Assembly (NCBI GenBank): GCA_965223905.1
Contig: CBDCXV010000010.1
Span: 362,077 to 426,076 of the forward strand
Length of the DNA: 64,000 bases
Direction of reading: 5' to 3'
Source of the DNA: Candidatus Latescibacterota bacterium
Lineage (GTDB): Bacteria > Latescibacterota > UBA2968 > UBA8231
Shown here in pieces: positions 58,304 through 64,000 of this stretch. The notes beneath the pieces were generated by a model. That model worked only from the letters and a program-made list of their open reading frames with translations. It had not been told where the DNA came from and made no database searches. The translations under genes were made by a program, and so were the position numbers. How positions within the stretch are numbered: position 1 is the first letter of the stretch; each line of letters begins with the position of its first letter.

Positions 58304-58684
58304 TTCTCGATTCCTCCCGGTCGTCGCCATCCTGCTTCAAGAGCCCGAGCACGAAACCCTATCATCAAAGCTCGTCTCGGCCCCAGCCTCGGTATCGGAA
58401 CTCCAACGCTTCTTGAAACCGCAATCGTGTTGTCGGCTCGCCTTGAACGCAACACCCAGGGACTCCTCGCCAACTTCATACAAGAGACCGAAACCGTCGT
58501 AATCCCGTTCACCCAGGCCCACTACTCCGCGGCCCATCAGGCCTGGCTGAACTATGGTAAAGGACGCCATCCCGCCGCACTCAACTTCGGGGATTGCGCC
58601 GCCTACGCTACCGCCCTGCTCGCACGCGAGCCCCTGCTCTGCACGGGAGGCGACTTCGCGAAGACCGACCTTTGGCTCGCCTGA
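58300..58684 (+). CDS. vapC: VapC PIN-domain toxin, two apparent frameshifts (near 58318 and 58392)
   Basis: Three consecutive frames read MILDSS / VVAILLQEPEHETLSSKLVSAP / LGIGTPTLLETAIVLSARL...FGDCAAYATALLAREPLLCTGGDFAKTDL. Joined, these make a canonical PIN toxin. Confidence 0.65.
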
Positions 58685-59174
58685 GTTCAGGATCGGCGGT
58701 CTCCTTTTTCCAGCTCGCTCCATCTCCGGCCGAGCGCAGGCAATGCCGGCTTGTCGGGACCGGAAGCGCAGCTTCGGACTTCGGGACCGTACTAAGTCTG
58801 CACGGCGACCGACTATTTCACAGACATGTAGCAGGACACAACCCCACGGCCGGAAGCTGGCGCGACAGGGAATCGCCGGTCCCTTCCGCGGGAAACGACA
58901 GTTTCCCCAGGCAAGTGGGATCCGCTTCCCGCTGGGCTATAGGGCTGCCTGCTGAACTATGAGTAGTGGGAGTTTGCCCGGAGGCACTGGGCTGATTCCT
59001 GCACCGGCGCCCGCGCTTCCGCGCTAATGCCGAAATGCGCGCGAAAGCACCAGGTTCGATCGAGTCCGCGGCGGAAGGTGGGGATGCCGATCAGGGAGAG
59101 GGGTTGGGGGGCCGGAACCGGGCCTTGGAACCCGCCCGGCCCCACAACGGACAGCTGCTGCTGAAGGAAGGCTC

Positions 59175-59408
59175 CTAGGGAGCGTACGGATCCTCCGCAT
59201 CGAGGATCTTCTGCAGCGTCTCCTTGTCGCCGAAGCGCTGTATCTCGTCCTCGTAGCCCTGCGTCTCGGTGCGGATCTGCAGGACGTGCCAGACGATCCA
59301 CAGGGCCATTCCGACAACGAACAGCAGGACTTCCGCACCGACGAAGGGGTACAGGGGGCCGATCTCCGAGATGTTGCCCCCCCAGCTTTCGATGTTTCCC
59401 GTAGTCAT
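59175..59408 (-). CDS. small single-pass membrane protein downstream of amt
   Basis: 77 aa with one TM helix (LYPFVGAEVLLFVVGMALWIVWHVL). Lies 75 nt downstream of the amt stop on the same strand. Confidence 0.5.
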   Translation of the reverse strand: MTTGNIESWGGNISEIGPLYPFVGAEVLLFVVGMALWIVWHVLQIRTETQGYEDEIQRFGDKETLQKILDAEDPYAP

Positions 59409-59482
59409 GACTTTCTCCTGTATTCCTGCCTAAGGCTGCTATGCTCTGATCTCCACGCCCCGCAAGGAACGTGGGTGAATCA

Positions 59483-60850
59483 TCAGACCTTGCCGAGCTC
59501 CTCGCGCTCGGCGTCGATGATGCCCTGCTCCTCCTGCGCCCGGTCGTGCGCGGTGCTGTAGTCGAGACCGGCCAGCTCGACTTCCCGCGGAATGCGGAGC
59601 CCGCCCAGGGCGTTGATGATCTTGGCGGCGATCCACCCCGGGATGAAGCCCAACACCGCGAACATGATCACGGCGCCGGCGATCTGACCCAACGGATTGA
59701 TGGACGCGTAATCCCCGTTGGGGGAAGAGGGATAGCCCCAGAGCACGAATCCGCAGATGACGACACCGAAGAAGCCGGCGTAGCCGTGCACCGCCACCGC
59801 GCCAACCGCGTCGTCGACCTTGAACCGGCTTTCCACCCAGTAGTGCATCTTGTACATGAACAGGACGCCGAGGGCGGCGATGATCATCGCCTGGATCGGA
59901 TGGTACAGGTCGTTGCCTGCCGAGGCGGCGATGATGCCGGCCAGGCCGGAGGAATAGGTCCAGTAGGCGTCCCCTCTGGAAATGACGTACCCGGCGAGGA
60001 GTCCTCCGGACAGGGCCATGAGGAAGTTCACGGTGATCGCCGACAAGGTCGTGGGAGCGAGGTAGATGTTGGTGGCGGAGTAGAAAGTTCCGTCGCCGCT
60101 CTGCACGTCCCACATCGGCACGTTGCAGGCCACGTAGAACCCCCAGAACCCGGTGTAGATCAGGAACAGTCCGATGGTCACCAGCCAGGGGTTGCGGGGA
60201 TTCAGGCTCCTCGGGGAGCCGTCCGGGGCGAACTTGCCGATGCGCGGACCGAGAACCACCAGGACCCCGAGAGCGAAACCGCCCGCAATGGCGTGGATCA
60301 CCCCGGAGGCATAGGCGTCGTGATAGCCGAGCAGCTGCACCATCCATCCTTCGGCGTGCCAGCCCCAGGCCGCGTCGATGACCCAGAACACCGATCCGAT
60401 CAGGATCGCCAGGATCCAGAAGGCCGAGGAGCGGATGCGTTCGATGACCGAACCCGAGACGATGGAGGCGGCCGTCCACGAGAACAGGAGAAAGGCCGCC
60501 CAGAAGACGCCGTTGAGGCGCGCCCAACCGTCAGGGTCGCCGGCGCCCCCCATGTGGGGACCCATGAGCTGGCTCCAGGCTACTGCGTGAGGCGCCTCGA
60601 CGAGGCCGCCGGTAAAGCCGGGTCCGTTGGGGAAGGCGAAATAGATCCACCAGCCGAAGAAGAAGAAGGTGATGGTGACCAGCGGTATCAGCATCGTGTT
60701 CTTCATCAGGGTGTGCATGTGGTTCTTGTGCCGTGAGACCCCGACTTCGTACATGCAGAAGCCCACGTGGATGAAGAACATGAGCACGACCGTAATCCAG
60801 TAGTAGAACTCGGTGAAAATGACACTGAGGGAACTCAACTCGGTGGTCAT
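59483..60850 (-). CDS. amt: ammonium transporter (Amt/MEP family)
   Basis: FFIHVGFCMYEVGVSR...AVDDAVGAVAVHGYAGFFGVV, with 11-12 TM helices. Confidence 0.9.
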   Translation of the reverse strand: MTTELSSLSVIFTEFYYWITVVLMFFIHVGFCMYEVGVSRHKNHMHTLMKNTMLIPLVTITFFFFGWWIYFAFPNGPGFTGGLVEAPHAVAWSQLMGPHMGGAGDPDGWARLNGVFWAAFLLFSWTAASIVSGSVIERIRSSAFWILAILIGSVFWVIDAAWGWHAEGWMVQLLGYHDAYASGVIHAIAGGFALGVLVVLGPRIGKFAPDGSPRSLNPRNPWLVTIGLFLIYTGFWGFYVACNVPMWDVQSGDGTFYSATNIYLAPTTLSAITVNFLMALSGGLLAGYVISRGDAYWTYSSGLAGIIAASAGNDLYHPIQAMIIAALGVLFMYKMHYWVESRFKVDDAVGAVAVHGYAGFFGVVICGFVLWGYPSSPNGDYASINPLGQIAGAVIMFAVLGFIPGWIAAKIINALGGLRIPREVELAGLDYSTAHDRAQEEQGIIDAEREELGKV

Positions 60851-61137
60851 CTCTCTCCTCCCTTTTGGCTTTGTGCAGCTGCGGATGACGTGCTAAAAAA
60901 CGGCCCGGCAGGTTGCCGGATCAAGGAAAATTTCCGGCCGTTCCGCCGCGGTTGCGGAGGCCCCGGACAGGCCACCGCGCCCCCGTCGAATTCCCGCCCT
61001 GTTCATCCGGCGCGGATAATTGGTAGACTTCCGGGGCCTCCCGGGGCAGTTCCGGTTTCGCGGCCTCCCTCCTCGCGCGCTCGAAACCTGCGCCCCCTCG
61101 TCGGAGGAGGTCATTCCCGATACGCAAGGTCTGGTTC

Positions 61138-62220
61138 ATGCGGGTCCTCTTCATCACCCAGTACGGCGCGTCGTCGGCGAGCAGCCGGACGCGGGTCTTC
61201 CAGTACCTCCCCTACCTGCACCGCTGCGGCGTCGAGACGCGGGTGATCACAGTCGTTCCCGACGGCGGGACCGCGGGGTCGGGACTGCTTGCGACGGAGA
61301 GGCCCTGGCGCAAGATCCTCTATTACATGGGCACCTGGCTGCGCTCCCTGCTGTGCGGGCTTCAAGCCTGGCTATCGAGTCTCGACTGCGACCTGCTGTT
61401 CGTGCAGAAAGTCATCTTCCCCTGGCCTGTGCGGGTTTTGTTCCGGCTGCGGCGGCCCCGGGTGCTGTTCGATTTCGACGACGCCATCTTCACCACCGAG
61501 ATCCGCGGCCGGCACTGGACCGCGGCCTGGAAGGAGCGCAGGAACCGCCGCGGCCTGCCGGCGATGCTGAGGCTGGCGGAGGGGGCGGTCGTCGAGAACG
61601 ACTACACCGGCGCCTACGCCGCCCGCTACTGCCAGGTCACCAGGATCACTGGACCGGTAGACACCGAGGCCATCCGTCCCCCCTCGCGGGGGCGGCGCAC
61701 CGGGGAGACCGTCGTCGTGGGGTGGATGGGAAGCTCCTCCTCCGCACAGTACCTCGACCTTCTGCGCCCCCCCCTTGCGAGGCTCGGAAAGCGCTGCCCG
61801 GGGATAAGGCTCCGCCTGGTCGGGGTGACGTCCTGGTCCTGTGCGGGGGTTACCGTGGAGGCGAGGGAGTGGAGGCTCGACGAGGAGAGCGGCGACCTGG
61901 CGGGGTTCGACATCGGAATCATGCCGCTGACCGAGGACCCCTGGACCCTCGGGAAGGGAGGCTACAAGCTGCTCCAGTACATGGCTAGCGGGCTGCCCGT
62001 CGTCGCCAGCCCCGTCGGGATCAACAGGGAAATCGTGGTGGACGGGGTCAGCGGTTTTCTCGCCGGCACGGATGCGGAGTGGGAGGAGAAGCTGTTCCAG
62101 CTGGTCGTCGATCCGGAGCTGGGGGCCCGGATGGGCCGGATGGGAAGGGAACGGGTCGAGGCCGAGTACTCCCTCGCCAGCCAGCAGGAGAGGTTCCTCG
62201 AGCTGCTCCGGGGTCAGTGA
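61138..62220 (+). CDS. glycosyltransferase family 4 (GT-B fold)
   Basis: MRVLFITQYG...; C-terminal EGGYKLLQYMASGLPVVASPVGINREIV (E-x7-E-like region). Confidence 0.8.
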   Translation: MRVLFITQYGASSASSRTRVFQYLPYLHRCGVETRVITVVPDGGTAGSGLLATERPWRKILYYMGTWLRSLLCGLQAWLSSLDCDLLFVQKVIFPWPVRVLFRLRRPRVLFDFDDAIFTTEIRGRHWTAAWKERRNRRGLPAMLRLAEGAVVENDYTGAYAARYCQVTRITGPVDTEAIRPPSRGRRTGETVVVGWMGSSSSAQYLDLLRPPLARLGKRCPGIRLRLVGVTSWSCAGVTVEAREWRLDEESGDLAGFDIGIMPLTEDPWTLGKGGYKLLQYMASGLPVVASPVGINREIVVDGVSGFLAGTDAEWEEKLFQLVVDPELGARMGRMGRERVEAEYSLASQQERFLELLRGQ

Positions 62221-62408
62221 GCTTACCCACGCCCCGCCCCAACAAGCGCGGCCGCTTGAAAACAGCCGGCGGATCCTCCGGAAGGTAGACCGCGGCTCCG
62301 GTTGGCCGCATCTCCTCCCTCCGTCCTACCGGGGCCGGGATTCAGCTGCAGACAGGCAGGCTTTTTCGAAGCCAGACGTAAAGCCGGGGGGCCAGGACCA
62401 CCGGGCAG

Positions 62409-62447
62409 AAAAAAGCCCCCGGCGGCACGTACCGACCACCGGGGGCT
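62409..62447 (-). terminator. intrinsic terminator of the spondin_N lipoprotein gene
   Basis: On the minus strand, AGCCCCCGGTGG-loop-CCGCCGGGGGCT is followed by TTTTTT, 75 nt after the stop. Confidence 0.8.
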
Positions 62448-62521
62448 ATCTGCTGTTAAGTCAGCGGTGACTTGGCGAAACCGACCTCCTGTACCAGGCG
62501 GCCGATCCTCAAACGCCAGCC

Positions 62522-63595
62522 TTAGCTACCCGAGGAAGAATCGTCGGTACCATCGCCGCCATCACCGTCTCCATCGTCATCATCCCCCATATCCCCGTCG
62601 TCACCGCCATCACCATCGGTGCCGGAATCGCCGCCATCGTCGGTGCCGTCGTCATCACCCTCGTCGTCCATACCGTCGTCATCGGCCATACCGTCGCCGT
62701 CACCCATACCGTCATCATCCTCGCCTTCCATCCCGTCATCCTCTTCCATCCCATCGTCCTCTTCCATCCCGTCATCCATCATGTCCTTCAGGGGGGTGAT
62801 GGTGACGGTGATGACGCTGGCGGTCTCGGGGTATTCGAACTCGTCGTCCACCAAGCGAACGGTACCTCCCTCGTCCTCACCCGTGTTCGGTCCGGACTGG
62901 TTCATCGGCTGATCGGCACCCGTCCCGGGCTCCTGGTTGACCTCGGTGCCGGCGTCCCAGAGCATGACCTGGTCGGTGATGTCGCCTTTGATCGGGGAGC
63001 CGTCCTCGAACAGGGCAATACCCATCGCACCGGGAGCGAAGAACAGGTCGTTCGACTGAACGAACATGGTGGCAAACGACATGGAATTACCCGGCTCGGC
63101 CTGGAACTCGAACTCATAGGTATTTCCCGGACCCATTCCATCCCCTGGACCCAGGGGCCCAGGCGAATCGCTGCCATCAGGCGTATTGAATACAGCGGTA
63201 CCGATTGCTTCGGCCAGAGGGCCGGGGTTGCCGTCTTCCGCCAGGGCTTCCAGGCCCTCGCCGCGGTCGGCTTCACCCTCGGTGAAAAGGGGCTCTCCGT
63301 CGCTGTGGACGACGAATACTCCAGGCGCGAGATGATAAGGCGCATCTTCGGTGGTGACATTCTCTATCACCACCTTGAACGCCTGCGGGCCCATCTCTTC
63401 GTCCATCTTTTTGGGAGGCTTCGGGCGCGACTCGGACAGACCCGCTACGGGAGCACTCAGGGTAATGCTGCTGCCCGTGCGCTTGGCGGCCACCTCCGTG
63501 TCCACGTCCGGCTGTTTGGAAGAAACAGGGTCGCGGTCGGTGCAGCTGCTCAGCGTCAGGACACAAGAGAGCAGACAAAACAGAACGAACTTCAT
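62522..63595 (-). CDS. spondin_N-domain lipoprotein with a long acidic D/G-rich C-terminal tail
   Basis: GGAGG lies upstream of the start. Lipobox LTLSSC. FKVVIENVT...LAPGVFVVHSDGEPLFTEGE...GLEALAEDGNPGPLAEA...SFATMFVQSNDLFFAP...LWDAGTEVNQEPG. The tail DDGMEEDDGMEEDDGMEGEDDDGMGDGDG... is about 85 aa. Confidence 0.8.
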   Translation of the reverse strand: MKFVLFCLLSCVLTLSSCTDRDPVSSKQPDVDTEVAAKRTGSSITLSAPVAGLSESRPKPPKKMDEEMGPQAFKVVIENVTTEDAPYHLAPGVFVVHSDGEPLFTEGEADRGEGLEALAEDGNPGPLAEAIGTAVFNTPDGSDSPGPLGPGDGMGPGNTYEFEFQAEPGNSMSFATMFVQSNDLFFAPGAMGIALFEDGSPIKGDITDQVMLWDAGTEVNQEPGTGADQPMNQSGPNTGEDEGGTVRLVDDEFEYPETASVITVTITPLKDMMDDGMEEDDGMEEDDGMEGEDDDGMGDGDGMADDDGMDDEGDDDGTDDGGDSGTDGDGGDDGDMGDDDDGDGDGGDGTDDSSSGS

Positions 63596-63895
63596 GCGTA
63601 ACCTCCATTTGATGGAAGGGGGTGAAAAATGGAAATGACTGCCTTCGGGGCCCGGAGGGGCTGGAATCTGCCCTTGATGTTCCGCCGAATTGCCCCTGCA
63701 GGATCGTACCCCAAAAAAAGGAACGCCTGAGAAGACCGTGTGAGGACTTGGGGGACCTCGGCTCCCAGGTACCAGTTTCGAGGTGGGCTTACCCCCCCAC
63801 CCAGGGCAAAGTAGCGACCGCATTGCGAGTTTGCCGTCGATTGGGATGATCACATGCTCTACCCGGCGAACGCCGGACCAAACTTTGAAGTTCCC

Positions 63896-63937
63896 AAAAA
63901 AAAAGCCCCCGGCGGCCTGTACCGGCCACCGGGGGCT
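63896..63937 (-). terminator. intrinsic terminator (paralogous copy) for a minus-strand gene lying beyond the window end
   Basis: Same stem sequence family as 62409-62447, followed by a T9 run on the minus strand. Confidence 0.6.
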
Positions 63938-64000
63938 TCCTGTTCCTGATGCATTTTCTACTAAAACCGGCCTCCTGTACCAGGGGGCCGGTCCTCAAAC

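Noticed and set aside
60851-60900. Sigma-54 promoter upstream of amt (minus strand TAGCACGTCATCCGCA).
   Set aside because: It matches neither the GG of the -24 element nor the TTGC of the -12 element well enough.

Overview
High-GC (about 65%) bacterial chromosomal segment, probably from a metagenome-assembled genome. The backbone is dominated by accessory redox and sugar-type metabolism. It carries five phytanoyl-CoA-dioxygenase (PhyH) paralogs, four Gfo/Idh/MocA oxidoreductases and two xylose-isomerase-like TIM barrels. Also present are ThuA, SMP-30, creatininase, an aldo/keto reductase, a TonB receptor with its binding protein, and Amt. Lower-GC (about 45-55%) islands interrupt this backbone.

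Mobile DNA is abundant. Six remnants of one IS91-family rolling-circle element are present, none intact. Three of them are about 590-bp mini-copies that share the same two ends. One mini-copy sits inside a perfectly duplicated 1354-bp unit. A complete 1575-bp DDE insertion sequence has an 8-bp target duplication.

Four type II toxin-antitoxin families occur: BrnT/BrnA-like, HicAB, DUF4258/DUF2283 and VapBC.

The best candidate for an undescribed system is a low-GC minus-strand operon at 36758-43388. It encodes a BrnT toxin, then a 1088-aa protein in which a BrnA-antitoxin-like N-terminus is fused in frame to a Tudor/SH3-like domain and a complete SNF2 helicase. This is followed by an Hsp70/actin-fold ATPase that the IS has recently split; removing the IS and one target-duplication copy restores the reading frame exactly.

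Other notable items:
- a three-domain nucleotidyltransferase / CDP-alcohol phosphatidyltransferase / HAD-phosphatase fusion
- a secreted DM9-domain protein whose novel Cys/His-rich 95-aa tandem repeats show a clear purifying-selection signature
- several unexplained noncoding tandem repeats
- a high load of apparent frameshifts, reflecting either sequencing error or gene decay

No rRNA, tRNA or CRISPR array was recognised. All homology calls rest on motif recognition by eye, not on database searches.
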